From the NCBI RefSeq assembly GCF_055900595.2, contig NZ_CM148325.1: a stretch of 64,000 nucleotides of DNA; one strand, given 5' to 3'. The notes beneath the pieces were generated by a model. That model saw only the letters and a list, made by a program, of their open reading frames with translations, was not told the DNA's origin and did no database searches. Below, one piece after another: positions 1 to 9,844 of the stretch (position 1 is its first letter; the number at the start of each line of letters is the position of its first letter). The translations under genes were made by a program, and so were the position numbers.

Positions 1-24
1 TATCAGGTGGATTTGAGTAAGTAA
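1..24 (+). CDS. 3' terminal fragment of an upstream gene running off the window (7 codons ...YQVDLSK then TAA); position corresponds to cpdB in K-12 synteny
   Basis: Frame 1 is open from position 1 to TAA at 22-24; gene order (cpdB next to ytfH) recalled from E. coli K-12; too short to confirm by sequence. Confidence 0.3.
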   Translation, partial: YQVDLSK

Positions 25-49
25 AACACTTTTCCCGTCTATAAATATG

Positions 50-148
50 AACCGCATCCGGCATTTATTGGCGGATGCGGTGCTGCTGCATCTTATCCGC
101 CCTACAGGTCATGAACCGTAGGCCGAATAAGCGCAGCGCATCTGGCTG
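50..148. repeat. REP-like palindromic units (GC-rich imperfect inverted repeats, ccgcatccgg...ccggatgcgg style) in the cpdB-ytfH intergenic region
   Basis: Imperfect palindromes ccgcatccggca...gcggatgcgg and ...aggccgaataagcgcagcgcatctggc resemble E. coli REP consensus. Confidence 0.45.
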
Positions 149-529
149 TTATGCCGCACGTTCATCCCGCACTGCCAACACCTCAGGCAAATTCAACTCA
201 ATCCAGTCCGCCAGTGCAGCAACCTTTTCGCTCACCTGCTCGCCCAGCGGCGTGAGGCTGTATTCCACATGCGGCGGCACCACCGGATAAGAGATACGGT
301 TAAGAAACCCATCCTGCTCTAACGCCTGTAACGACTGCGCAAGCATCTTTTCACTCACCCCACCCATCTTGCGGCGCAGGTCGCTAAAACGGTGCGTACC
401 TTCGCGAAGCGCGACCAGAATCAATACCCCCCAACGGCTGGTGACGTGTTTCAACACCTCGCGCGACGGGCACTGTTCGGCGAAGAGGTTACCCTCTTTC
501 AGTTGTTGCGACAGGCTAGCCTGGCTCAT
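149..529 (-). CDS. ytfH: HxlR-type winged-helix transcriptional regulator YtfH
   Basis: 126-aa ORF; translation recognised as E. coli YtfH; divergent from qorB. Confidence 0.9.
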   Translation of the reverse strand: MSQASLSQQLKEGNLFAEQCPSREVLKHVTSRWGVLILVALREGTHRFSDLRRKMGGVSEKMLAQSLQALEQDGFLNRISYPVVPPHVEYSLTPLGEQVSEKVAALADWIELNLPEVLAVRDERAA

Positions 530-616
530 TCATACTTACCTTTTTGTACGTACTTACTAAAAGTAAGTTTAGGTGGTAGCGTATTTAAACACAAGACAAA
601 CCGATGGAGGCTTCCC

Positions 617-1477
617 ATGATCGCAATTACCGGCGCAACCGGCCAACTTGGTCACCATGTTATTAACTCCTTACTGAAAACCGTTCCTGCCAGCCAAATA
701 GTGGCTATCGCACGTAACCCGGCAAAAGCGCAGGCATTGAGCGCGCAAGGCATTACTGTACGTCAGGCTGAATACGGCGATGAGGCCGCACTGACATCTG
801 CGCTTCAGGGAGTGGAAAAACTGCTGCTGATCTCTTCCAGCGAAGTGGGGCAACGTGCCCCGCAGCATCGAAATGTTATTAATGCCGCTAAGGCGGCGGG
901 CGTGAAATTTATCGCTTATACCAGCCTGCTACATGCTGATACCTCCCCGCTCGGCCTCGCCGATGAGCACATCGAGACGGAGAAAATGCTGGCTGTTTCT
1001 GGCATCGCTTACACCTTGCTGCGCAACGGCTGGTACACCGAAAACTATCTCGCCAGCGCCCCGGCAGCACTGGAGCACGGCGTATTTATCGGTGCCGCGG
1101 GCGATGGCAAAATTGCCTCAGCTACGCGAGCTGATTATGCGGTAGCTGCGGCGCGCGTAATTAGCGAAGCAGGTCACGAAGGCAAGGTTTATGAACTGGC
1201 AGGTGATAGCGCCTGGACACTGACACAGTTAGCGGCGGAACTCACCAAACAGAGCGGCAAACAGGTTACCTATCAAAACCTGAGCGAAGCTGATTTCGCC
1301 GCGGCGCTGAAAAGCGTCGGTCTGCCTGACGGGCTGGCGGATATGCTGGCGGATTCTGACGTTGGCGCATCGAAAGGCGGCCTGTTTGATGACAGCAAAA
1401 CGCTTAGCAAATTGATTGGCCGCCCAACGACAACATTAGCCGAGAGCGTAAGCCATCTTTTTAATGTTAATAACTAG
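617..1477 (+). CDS. qorB: NAD(P)H:quinone oxidoreductase QorB (NmrA-like, YtfG)
   Basis: ATG at 617 preceded by GGAGG (606-610); N-terminal MIAITGATGQLG Rossmann motif; 286 aa; the longer track ORF from 392 overlaps ytfH and is rejected. Confidence 0.9.
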   Translation: MIAITGATGQLGHHVINSLLKTVPASQIVAIARNPAKAQALSAQGITVRQAEYGDEAALTSALQGVEKLLLISSSEVGQRAPQHRNVINAAKAAGVKFIAYTSLLHADTSPLGLADEHIETEKMLAVSGIAYTLLRNGWYTENYLASAPAALEHGVFIGAAGDGKIASATRADYAVAAARVISEAGHEGKVYELAGDSAWTLTQLAAELTKQSGKQVTYQNLSEADFAAALKSVGLPDGLADMLADSDVGASKGGLFDDSKTLSKLIGRPTTTLAESVSHLFNVNN

Positions 1478-1576
1478 TTAATTAAAGTGGCATCCTCCCG
1501 TATCCTCTCTGATAATGACGGGATGCGGGGAACGACTACGGTTGTTCCCTGAATATTTCTTCTGACAGATCAATGG

Positions 1577-2551
1577 ATGCCAGTAATGATTAGCGGCGTG
1601 CTGTACGCCCTGTTAGCAGGGTTGATGTGGGGGCTTATATTTGTCGGGCCGTTGATCGTGCCGGAATACCCGGCGATGTTGCAGTCGATGGGGCGTTATC
1701 TGGCGTTAGGGTTAATTGCGCTGCCCATTGCCTGGCTGGGACGCGTGCGTCTGCGTCAGTTGGCGCGTCGCGACTGGCTTACCGCCTTGATGCTCACTAT
1801 GATGGGCAACCTTATCTATTACTTCTGTCTTGCCAGTGCCATTCAACGTACTGGCGCGCCTGTTTCCACGATGATTATTGGCACCCTGCCGGTGGTGATT
1901 CCCGTTTTTGCCAATCTGCTTTATAGCCAGCGTGACGGTAAACTCGCGTGGGGGAAACTCGCCCCGGCGCTGGTTTGTATTGGCATCGGCCTTGCATGTG
2001 TAAATATTGCTGAGTTAGACCACGGACTCCCCGATTTTGACTGGGCACGTTATACCTCTGGCATCGTGTTGGCGTTAGTTTCCGTGGTCTGCTGGGCGTG
2101 GTATGCCTTGCGCAACGCCCGTTGGCTGCGGGAAAACCCAGACAAACATCCGATGATGTGGGCAACGGCGCAGGCGCTGGTCACGCTGCCGGTTTCTCTC
2201 ATCGGCTATCTCGTCGCCTGTTACTGGCTGAATACGCAAACGCCGGGCTTCTCCCTACCTTTTGGCCCCCGTCCGCTGGTGTTTATTAGTCTGATGATTG
2301 CGATAGCCGTGCTTTGCTCATGGGTTGGCGCACTCTGCTGGAACGTCGCCAGCCAGCGATTACCGACGGTTATCCTCGGACCGTTGATTGTTTTCGAAAC
2401 GCTGGCAGGTTTGCTGTACACCTTTTTACTCCGCCAGCAAATGCCGCCGCTAATGACGCTGAGCGGTATCGCGCTGTTAGTGATTGGCGTGGTCATTGCG
2501 GTCAGAGCCAAACCGGAAAAGCCTTTAACTGAACCTGTCTCAGAAAGTTGA
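1577..2551 (+). CDS. ytfF: Inner membrane transporter YtfF (EamA/DMT family)
   Basis: 324-aa highly hydrophobic ORF with multiple TM segments; synteny with ytfE and qorB; exact start (1577 or 1586) uncertain. Confidence 0.85.
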   Translation: MPVMISGVLYALLAGLMWGLIFVGPLIVPEYPAMLQSMGRYLALGLIALPIAWLGRVRLRQLARRDWLTALMLTMMGNLIYYFCLASAIQRTGAPVSTMIIGTLPVVIPVFANLLYSQRDGKLAWGKLAPALVCIGIGLACVNIAELDHGLPDFDWARYTSGIVLALVSVVCWAWYALRNARWLRENPDKHPMMWATAQALVTLPVSLIGYLVACYWLNTQTPGFSLPFGPRPLVFISLMIAIAVLCSWVGALCWNVASQRLPTVILGPLIVFETLAGLLYTFLLRQQMPPLMTLSGIALLVIGVVIAVRAKPEKPLTEPVSES

Positions 2552-2608
2552 CACGCTGGCAGTGAGTTAAATAAGCCTCTGCTACGTAAGGGTTATAGCA
2601 TTTGCCTT

Positions 2609-2632
2609 AAAGATGCATTTAAAATACATCTT
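2609..2632. promoter_or_regulatory. NsrR operator (11-1-11 inverted repeat AAGATGCATTT-A-AAATACATCTT) in the ytfE promoter
   Basis: Near-perfect inverted repeat read directly from sequence, 27 nt upstream of the ytfE ATG; matches the known NsrR binding motif; ytfE is an established NsrR target. Confidence 0.8.
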
Positions 2633-2658
2633 ATATTATTAAGAATGAGGTATCAGCT

Positions 2659-3321
2659 ATGGCTTATCGCGACCAACCTTTAGGTGAACTGGCGCTCTCT
2701 ATTCCTCGCGCTTCGGCTCTGTTTCGTAAATATGATATGGATTACTGCTGCGGCGGTAAGCAAACGCTGGCGCGTGCGGCGGCACGTAAAGAACTGGATG
2801 TTGACGTCATTGAAGCCGAACTGGCAAAGCTTGCTGAACAACCGATTGAGAAAGACTGGCGTAGCGCCCCACTGGCGGAAATCATCGACCATATCATCGT
2901 GCGCTACCACGATCGTCACCGCGAGCAGTTGCCGGAGCTGATCCTGCAAGCTACCAAAGTCGAGCGCGTTCACGCCGACAAACCGAGCGTGCCAAAAGGG
3001 CTGACAAAATACCTGACCATGCTGCATGAAGAGCTTTCCAGCCACATGATGAAAGAAGAGCAGATCCTCTTCCCGATGATCAAACAAGGCATGGGTAGCC
3101 AGGCGATGGGGCCAATTAGCGTAATGGAAAGCGAGCACGATGAAGCGGGCGAACTGCTGGAAGTGATTAAACACACCACCAATAACGTCACACCGCCGCC
3201 GGAAGCCTGCACCACCTGGAAAGCGATGTATAACGGTATTAATGAATTGATTGATGACCTGATGGATCACATCAGCCTGGAAAACAATGTACTGTTCCCA
3301 CGCGCGCTGGCGGGTGAGTGA
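2659..3321 (+). CDS. ytfE: Iron-sulfur cluster repair di-iron protein YtfE (RIC)
   Basis: 220-aa ORF; RBS GAGG upstream; translation recognised as E. coli YtfE. Confidence 0.92.
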   Translation: MAYRDQPLGELALSIPRASALFRKYDMDYCCGGKQTLARAAARKELDVDVIEAELAKLAEQPIEKDWRSAPLAEIIDHIIVRYHDRHREQLPELILQATKVERVHADKPSVPKGLTKYLTMLHEELSSHMMKEEQILFPMIKQGMGSQAMGPISVMESEHDEAGELLEVIKHTTNNVTPPPEACTTWKAMYNGINELIDDLMDHISLENNVLFPRALAGE

Positions 3322-3352
3322 TCTAAAAGCTGGATGGCATTGCGCCATCCAG
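3322..3352. terminator. Hairpin between convergent ytfE and cycA (ctggatggc-attgc-gccatccag), probable terminator mainly for cycA
   Basis: 9-bp perfect stem read from sequence; A-run on + strand upstream gives a U-tract on the minus-strand transcript. Confidence 0.5.
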
Positions 3353-3365
3353 CATGATAAAGCCG

Positions 3366-4778
3366 TTACTTCCGCAGTTCAGCAGTCCGCTTCTTACCAA
3401 TAAACAACCAGCCCAACCCCAGCGCGATAAACCACAGCGGGGTAACCAGCAGCGCCTGGCGAGTGTCATCTTCCAGTGTCAGCAACACGACCACGAACAC
3501 AAAGAACGCCATACATACCCAGCACATCAGCTTGCCGAGCGGCATCTTGTAGATCGACTTCTCATGCAGATGAGGTCGCTGTTTGCGATACACCAGGTAT
3601 GAGCAAAGGATAATCGTCCAGACGAACATAAACAGAATCGCGGAAACAGTCGTGATCATCGTGAACGCGCCAATTACACTTGGATTCACATACAACATCA
3701 CCACGCCGCCGAGCAGACAGATACAAGAGAAGGTCAGCCCTTTCGCGGGCACGGCGCGCTTAGAAAGTTTAGCGAACGCTTTCGGCGCAACACCTTCCTG
3801 GGCCAGACCAAACAGCATACGGCTGGTAGAGAAGACGCCGCTGTTAGCGGAAGACGCCGCAGAGGTCAGCACCACAAAGTTGATTACGCTGGCAGCCGCA
3901 GGCAAACCCACCAATACAAAAAGTTCAACGAACGGGCTTTTCTCCGGGACTACTGAACTCCACGGCGTCACGGACATAATCACAATCAGCGCGAAGACGT
4001 AGAACATAATGATACGGATCGGAATGGAGTTAATCGCGCGTGGCAGTGATTTCTCCGGATCTTTGGTTTCCGCAGCGGTTGTACCGACCAGCTCAATCCC
4101 CACGAAAGCGAATACCGCTATCTGGAATCCGGCAAAGAAGCCACTTAAACCTTTCGGGAACCAGCCGCCGTCATTCCACAAATGCGCAAACGACGCTTCC
4201 ACACCGGTCGGTGACTGGAAGTGCATCATGACCATGATCAAACCGACAACAATCAGTGACACGATGGCGACAATTTTGATCATCGCAAACCAGAACTCCA
4301 TCTCACCGAACATTTTCACGGTAGCGAGGTTGAGCGTCAGCAGCAGCACTATCACCGCCAGCGAGGCGACCCAGTCGGAGAGATCGGGGAACCAGAACTG
4401 AGCATAGGCCGTGATGGCCACCACGTCCGCCATACCGGTAACCACCCAACAGAACCAGTAGGTCCAGCCAGTAAAATACCCTGCCCACGGCCCCAGTAGA
4501 TCGGAAGCGAAGTCACTAAAAGATTTGTATTCCAGATTCGAAAGCAGCAATTCCCCCATTGCCCGCATCACGAAAAAGAGCATAAAACCGATGATCATAT
4601 AAACGAAGATGATCGACGGTCCGGCAAGACTGATTGTTTTACCGGAACCCATAAACAGCCCTGTACCAATGGCCCCACCAATGGCAATAAGCTGGATATG
4701 TCGGTTTGTGAGATTGCGCCGTAGCGACTGTTCAGCCGGAGCCTGTTCTTCGGCAACGACTTTTACCTGATCTACCAT
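3366..4778 (-). CDS. cycA: D-serine/D-alanine/glycine:H+ symporter CycA (APC family)
   Basis: 470-aa polytopic membrane ORF recognised as E. coli CycA. Confidence 0.93.
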   Translation of the reverse strand: MVDQVKVVAEEQAPAEQSLRRNLTNRHIQLIAIGGAIGTGLFMGSGKTISLAGPSIIFVYMIIGFMLFFVMRAMGELLLSNLEYKSFSDFASDLLGPWAGYFTGWTYWFCWVVTGMADVVAITAYAQFWFPDLSDWVASLAVIVLLLTLNLATVKMFGEMEFWFAMIKIVAIVSLIVVGLIMVMMHFQSPTGVEASFAHLWNDGGWFPKGLSGFFAGFQIAVFAFVGIELVGTTAAETKDPEKSLPRAINSIPIRIIMFYVFALIVIMSVTPWSSVVPEKSPFVELFVLVGLPAAASVINFVVLTSAASSANSGVFSTSRMLFGLAQEGVAPKAFAKLSKRAVPAKGLTFSCICLLGGVVMLYVNPSVIGAFTMITTVSAILFMFVWTIILCSYLVYRKQRPHLHEKSIYKMPLGKLMCWVCMAFFVFVVVLLTLEDDTRQALLVTPLWFIALGLGWLFIGKKRTAELRK

Positions 4779-5086
4779 GTTTTTTTCTTCCTGTACCTGT
4801 CTGTGTTGTTCAGGCTCTGCGGCCTTTAGTCAGTCTATGATACGACGAATCTGTATCGGGACTCATCGATATTAGGTAACAATACGCGGGATGAATACTA
4901 AGATTTAGATCTAATGTTAATTTTATGTTTAAAGTGAGTGTCATATCACGGTGATAACGCGAAACAGCTCACAAAAATACACGCTTACGTGGTCTTTGCA
5001 ACACAAAATAGCGCCATTTGGCAAACTGAAGGGTTTATTGCTGAATGCCTGCTCCCCTCTGGCTCGAGGGGAACAGAATGCGCTGC

Positions 5087-5707
5087 TTAGAGGATTTCCA
5101 GCAGTTCGACTTCAAACACCAGGGTGCTGAACGGAGGGATGGACGCGCCTGCGCCACGCTCGCCATATGCCAGTTCCTGCGGGATAGTCAGTTCCCATTT
5201 AGAACCTACCGGCATCAGAGTCAGTGCTTCAATCCAGCCAGGGATCACGCCGTTAACCGGGAATTCAGCTGGCTCGCCGCGAGCGACGGAGCTGTCAAAC
5301 ACGGTGCCGTCGATCAGTTTTCCGGTGTAATGAACACGAACGCGGTCGGTACGTGCCGGAATTGCGCCTGCACCCTGGTTGATCACGCGGAATTGCAGGC
5401 CAGATTCGGTGCTATTCACACCTTCTTTTTTGGCGTTTTCTTCCAGGTATTTCACACCTTCAGCAGCCATCGCCTGGAAACGCTGACGACGAACGGCATC
5501 GGCGCGTTCGTGGATTTCACGCAGCGCGCGGTGCACCACATCAACCGGAACAGCCGGATGTTTGCCTTCCAGCGCATCGGCAATGCCTGCAACCAGTGCT
5601 TCTGGCAGCAGCCCTTCCAGGCCTGATTCACTCAGTTGTTGCCCTACCTGCAAACCAATGCCGTAGCTTGCTTGCGCTTCGATGGTGTCAAAAGTTGGGG
5701 TGGTCAT
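5087..5707 (-). CDS. fklB: FKBP-type peptidyl-prolyl cis-trans isomerase FklB
   Basis: Start chosen at internal ATG (5705-5707) giving 206 aa [12 protein letters not shown]...; C-terminal FKBP domain; the track ORF extends 53 codons further upstream and is rejected. Confidence 0.9.
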   Translation of the reverse strand: MTTPTFDTIEAQASYGIGLQVGQQLSESGLEGLLPEALVAGIADALEGKHPAVPVDVVHRALREIHERADAVRRQRFQAMAAEGVKYLEENAKKEGVNSTESGLQFRVINQGAGAIPARTDRVRVHYTGKLIDGTVFDSSVARGEPAEFPVNGVIPGWIEALTLMPVGSKWELTIPQELAYGERGAGASIPPFSTLVFEVELLEIL

Positions 5708-5924
5708 CGTATTTCCTTTCTTAGGGTATAAAGTAGCGGGCAGCATATCAGCCACACTTCTTTGGGTAAAACTTTGTCGCGGGAATGATGACAAATCCCG
5801 GGGAAAAAGAAACAATAGCAATATCCCGTATGAATATAATAAAGGCGGGTTTACCACGGACATCATAGCGTTAGCTTATTCATAGGCTATGATTGAGGAA
5901 CAAGACGCGGAGCAGGAGGAAACC

Positions 5925-6563
5925 ATGCCCGGGCGCTTTGAACTAAAACCAACCCTGGAGAAAGTCTGGCACGCGCCGGACAATTTTCGCTTCATGGACC
6001 CGCTACCGCCGATGCATCGTCGGGGGATCATTATTGCCGCTATTGTATTGGTGGTCGGATTTCTACTCCCGTCTGATGATACGCCAAACGCGCCGGTGGT
6101 GACGCGTGAAGCACAGTTAGATATTCAGTCGCAATCACAACCGCCGACAGAAGAACAGCTGCGGGCGCAATTAGTCACACCACAAAATGATCCTGATCAG
6201 GTGGCTCCGGTCGCTCCAGAACCGATACAGGAAGGCCAACCGGAAGAGCAGCCGCAAACCTCGCAAGTGCAACCTTTCCAGCCAGATAGCGGAATTGACA
6301 ATCAATGGCGCTCTTATCGTGTCGAACCCGGTAAAACAATGGCGCAGCTGTTCCGCGACCACGGACTGCCCGCTACCGATGTCTATGCAATGGCGCAGGT
6401 AGAAGGCGCAGATAAGCCACTGAGTAATTTGCAAAATGGGCAGATGGTGAAAATCCGCCAGAACGCCAGCGGCGTGGTGACGGGCTTAACCATTGATACG
6501 GGAAATAATCAACAGGTCCTGTTTACCCGCCAGCCGGATGGCAGTTTTATTCGCGCGCGGTAG
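5925..6563 (+). CDS. ytfB: Cell-division-associated OapA-domain protein YtfB
   Basis: ATG at 5925 with AGGAGGA RBS (5913-5919); 212 aa; one TM helix then Pro/Gln-rich linker; in-frame upstream ATG at 5889 also possible. Confidence 0.85.
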   Translation: MPGRFELKPTLEKVWHAPDNFRFMDPLPPMHRRGIIIAAIVLVVGFLLPSDDTPNAPVVTREAQLDIQSQSQPPTEEQLRAQLVTPQNDPDQVAPVAPEPIQEGQPEEQPQTSQVQPFQPDSGIDNQWRSYRVEPGKTMAQLFRDHGLPATDVYAMAQVEGADKPLSNLQNGQMVKIRQNASGVVTGLTIDTGNNQQVLFTRQPDGSFIRAR

Positions 6564-7194
6564 ATGAAGGGTCAACCAGAAGCCAGCTAAGGATCGTCTC
6601 TTTGATGACCTTACGCCTGGCTTCCAGTGCCTGCGGTGAAACCATACTGATGTGATAAACCAGGCCAAGCGTATGTTGGTTGATCAAATAATATCCTCCA
6701 AGAGCAGCAATATTAATATTCACCTGCAACGGGTCGATATCTGGCTTAAAAATATTGCGCCGTTTGCCTTCAGCTAATAATGACTCCATTAACTGTAAGT
6801 GTGCGTGGTTAATTTCTAAAAGGCGCTGTGATTTTGCATAATGCACCCCTTTACTCTGGTTTTCACTATGCACAATTTTTAAAAACCAGGGGTTAGCAAT
6901 GTAATAATCCCAGGTGAAATCGATAATTTTCTCAATGGCTTTTTGTGGCGGAAGACCTGAGAAATCAAGGGATTTTTCTTTTTGCCGAATATCATTCCAG
7001 GTATATTCCAGCACTTCGATAAATAAATTTTCTTTATTACCAAAGTGATGATAAACCGTCTGTTTACTGCACTCCGCGGCCTTGACGATATTATCGACTC
7101 TGGCCCCTTCGTAACCATATTCGGCAAATTCATTAACCGCACATAACAACAGCTTTTCCTTCAGGCTTTGTACGTTGCTGGTATCAAGATACAT
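6547..7194 (-). CDS. TetR/AcrR-family transcriptional regulator, divergent from the downstream operon (possibly the full-length counterpart of the K-12 ytfA fragment)
   Basis: N-terminal HTH region [48 protein letters not shown] typical of TetR family; start set at ATG 7192-7194 (215 aa); upstream in-frame start at 7254 possible; low GC. Confidence 0.8.
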   Translation of the reverse strand: MYLDTSNVQSLKEKLLLCAVNEFAEYGYEGARVDNIVKAAECSKQTVYHHFGNKENLFIEVLEYTWNDIRQKEKSLDFSGLPPQKAIEKIIDFTWDYYIANPWFLKIVHSENQSKGVHYAKSQRLLEINHAHLQLMESLLAEGKRRNIFKPDIDPLQVNINIAALGGYYLINQHTLGLVYHISMVSPQALEARRKVIKETILSWLLVDPSSTARE

Positions 7195-7316
7195 TCCGCT
7201 TCCCCACGTCTTCTTCGTGATGACTATCTTAACCCGATTTGTTAGAAGCTCCACTAAAATGGCTAAAAACTCGCAATTTCATCGGGTTATCAAATGCTCT
7301 GTGATCATTATCGCAT

Positions 7317-7338
7317 ATCAACCAACTAGATGGTTGAT
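7317..7338. promoter_or_regulatory. Candidate TetR operator: perfect 8-6-8 palindrome ATCAACCA-actaga-TGGTTGAT between the divergent regulator and SDR genes
   Basis: Palindrome read directly from sequence, about 70 nt upstream of the SDR start codon and 120 nt upstream of the TetR gene start. Confidence 0.5.
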
Positions 7339-7405
7339 CTTTCTTGCCACACATTGCAAGCTAATCGTCACTTAAGGAAATAATATTCAAAAAGAGGGTT
7401 ATTGT

Positions 7406-8197
7406 ATGAAGTCAACACGTCCTGTTGCTGTCATCACTGGAGCCGCACGTGGTATTGGAAAGGGCTGTGCACTGGAACTTGCGCGTGGCGGATTTAATCT
7501 GCTGATTAATGATCGTCCGGATGCCGACAGCGTAGAAAAATTACATGCCACACAACAAGAATGTCTGGCGGAAGGCGTGGAAGTGATTTGCTTCCCTGCT
7601 GATGTTGGCGATCTCTCCCTTCATGAAGAGATGCTCGACGCGGCGCAAAACCAGTGGGGACGTCTGGACTGTCTACTCAACAACGCAGGCATTTCAGTGA
7701 AAAAACGCGGTGACCTCCTCGACCTCGAACCAGACAGCTTCGACCAAAACATTGCCATTAACACCCGTGCGCCGTTCTTCCTTGCTCAGGCATTCAGTAA
7801 GCGATTACTGGCACAGCCGAAACCGGAAGCAGAACTGCCGCACCGCTCGATTATTTTTGTCAGTTCCATAAACGCCATCATGCTGGCGATGAATCGCGGC
7901 GAATATACCATTGCCAAAACTGCCGTCTCCGCCGCAGCTCGCCTGTTTGCCGCTCGCCTTTGCAATGAACAAATTGGCGTTTATGAAGTGCGCCCTGGCC
8001 TAATCAAAACCGATATGACCATTCCGGCAACGGCTTATTACGACGAACTGATTGCTAAGGGGTTAGTGCCGTGGGGACGTTGGGGTTATCCGGCTGATAT
8101 TGCCTCAACGGTCCGCGCGATGGCGGAAGGCAAACTGATTTACACCTGTGGTCAGGCGGTCGCCATCGACGGCGGCTTAAGTATGCCGCGCTTCTGA
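7406..8197 (+). CDS. Short-chain dehydrogenase/reductase (SDR) family oxidoreductase
   Basis: 263 aa; TGAARGIG cofactor-binding motif, NNAG, and catalytic Ser...YxxxK (YTIAK); RBS GAGGG. Confidence 0.85.
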   Translation: MKSTRPVAVITGAARGIGKGCALELARGGFNLLINDRPDADSVEKLHATQQECLAEGVEVICFPADVGDLSLHEEMLDAAQNQWGRLDCLLNNAGISVKKRGDLLDLEPDSFDQNIAINTRAPFFLAQAFSKRLLAQPKPEAELPHRSIIFVSSINAIMLAMNRGEYTIAKTAVSAAARLFAARLCNEQIGVYEVRPGLIKTDMTIPATAYYDELIAKGLVPWGRWGYPADIASTVRAMAEGKLIYTCGQAVAIDGGLSMPRF

Positions 8198-8206
8198 GGC
8201 TGAATC

Positions 8207-9049
8207 ATGAGAGATCTGTTACAACGCCCGGATTTATTCAGTATCAATACTGCGACACTGGGCTATAAAACACCGCTACCTGCCATTATTGATGCCTGCG
8301 CCGCACGCGGTATTGGCGCGATTGCCCCCTGGCGCAGGGAGTTACAGGGTGAAGATCTCCAACAAATCGCCCGCCAGCTTGCTGCCAGTAACATGAGCGT
8401 TTCCGGTTTGTGCCGTAGCACCTATTACACCGCGCCGACGCTGACGGAACGCAAACTGGCGATTGATGATAACCGCCGGGCGCTGGACGACGCCGCTGTA
8501 CTAAACGCCGCCTGTTATATGCAGGTGGTTGGCGGTCTGCCAATGGGAACAAAAGATCTGTACGAAGCGCGGGAACAAGTGAAACAAGGGATTCGCCAGT
8601 TGCTGCCACATTCGAAAGATGTCGGCGTGCCAATTGCGCTGGAGCCGCTGCACCCGATGACAGCTGCCGATCGCTCTTGCCTGTGCACGTTACGTCAGGC
8701 GCTGGACTGGTGTGATGAACTCGATCCCGATGGGGAGTTTGGCCTCGGCGTGGCGGTAGATGTCTACCACGTTTGGTGGGATCCGGATCTCGCCAGTCAG
8801 ATCCTGCGTGCCGGAAAACGCATCCTCGCGTTTCATGTTTCCGACTGGCTGGTGCCAACCACCGATTTAGTCAATGACCGGGGAATGCCGGGAGATGGCG
8901 TAATCAATATTCCGTCTATTCGTCGCCAGGTAGAAAATGCCGGATTTAACGGTGCTGTGGAACTGGAAATTTTCTCACCGTACTGGTGGCAGCAAGATAT
9001 TAACAGCACGTTGGATATTAGCGTCGATCGCATCGCGCATTATTGCTAA
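8207..9049 (+). CDS. Sugar phosphate isomerase/epimerase-like (xylose isomerase-like TIM barrel) enzyme
   Basis: 280 aa; family assignment from overall sequence character (judged by eye, less certain than neighbours); 9-nt gap after the SDR gene. Confidence 0.6.
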   Translation: MRDLLQRPDLFSINTATLGYKTPLPAIIDACAARGIGAIAPWRRELQGEDLQQIARQLAASNMSVSGLCRSTYYTAPTLTERKLAIDDNRRALDDAAVLNAACYMQVVGGLPMGTKDLYEAREQVKQGIRQLLPHSKDVGVPIALEPLHPMTAADRSCLCTLRQALDWCDELDPDGEFGLGVAVDVYHVWWDPDLASQILRAGKRILAFHVSDWLVPTTDLVNDRGMPGDGVINIPSIRRQVENAGFNGAVELEIFSPYWWQQDINSTLDISVDRIAHYC

Positions 9050-9052
9050 GGA

Positions 9053-9835
9053 ATGATCATGAGTGACCAACCCGTTCTGTTCAGCAGAGCGGCGGCTTCC
9101 TGCCGCCTGACATTGAACCGTGAAGATAAATGTCATGCTATTAATGAAGAAATGATCGAATCTCTCGACCATTATTTAAATGAAATTGAAAACGACACCA
9201 CATTACGATTAGTCGAATTAACGGCAACCGGCGATAAATTCTTTTGTGCGGGCGGCGATATTAAATCGTGGTCGGCCTATTCGCCATTAGATATGGGCAG
9301 AAAATGGATTAAACGCGGCAATGACGTTTTTAATCGCCTGCGCAACTTACCCCAATTAACGGTTGCGAATCTCAACGGTCATACCATCGGCGGCGGTATT
9401 GAACTTGCCTTGTGCTGCGATATTCGTATTGCCCGCCCCAGTGCGAAATTCTCTAATCCGGAAGTAATGCTCGGCATGGTGCCTGGCTGGATGGGCATTG
9501 AACGCGTGCTTAATCAGGTCGGTCCGGTGGTCGGTCGCCAGATGCTGATGCTGGGTAAACGCCTGACGGCGCAGGAAGCTCAGGCGGCGAATTTAATTGA
9601 TGAAGTGGTAGAAAAAGAACAGGTGGAAAGCTGGATGGCGAATCAGTTAGCGCAGCTGGAAAAATGCGGTCCGGTGGCGCTCGCACATATCAAGCAACTG
9701 ATTCTGGCTCTAGAAAATAAACATGCTGATTACCCGCACCAGTTACTGGCTGGATTAATGTCCGCCACTCAGGATTGCCAGCAGGCGACGCGCGCATTTG
9801 CCGAAAAAAGTAGCGTGAGCTTCCAAAATCAATAA
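9053..9835 (+). CDS. Enoyl-CoA hydratase/isomerase (crotonase) family protein
   Basis: 260 aa; FCAGGDIKSW and GHTIGGGIELALCCDIRIA crotonase signature segments; 3-nt gap after the upstream gene. Confidence 0.85.
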   Translation: MIMSDQPVLFSRAAASCRLTLNREDKCHAINEEMIESLDHYLNEIENDTTLRLVELTATGDKFFCAGGDIKSWSAYSPLDMGRKWIKRGNDVFNRLRNLPQLTVANLNGHTIGGGIELALCCDIRIARPSAKFSNPEVMLGMVPGWMGIERVLNQVGPVVGRQMLMLGKRLTAQEAQAANLIDEVVEKEQVESWMANQLAQLEKCGPVALAHIKQLILALENKHADYPHQLLAGLMSATQDCQQATRAFAEKSSVSFQNQ

Positions 9836-9844
9836 GGAAATTGT

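Noticed and set aside
392-616. Upstream 75-codon extension of the qorB ORF
   Set aside because: Overlaps ytfH on the opposite strand; the ATG at 617 has a GGAGG RBS and gives the expected 286-aa product
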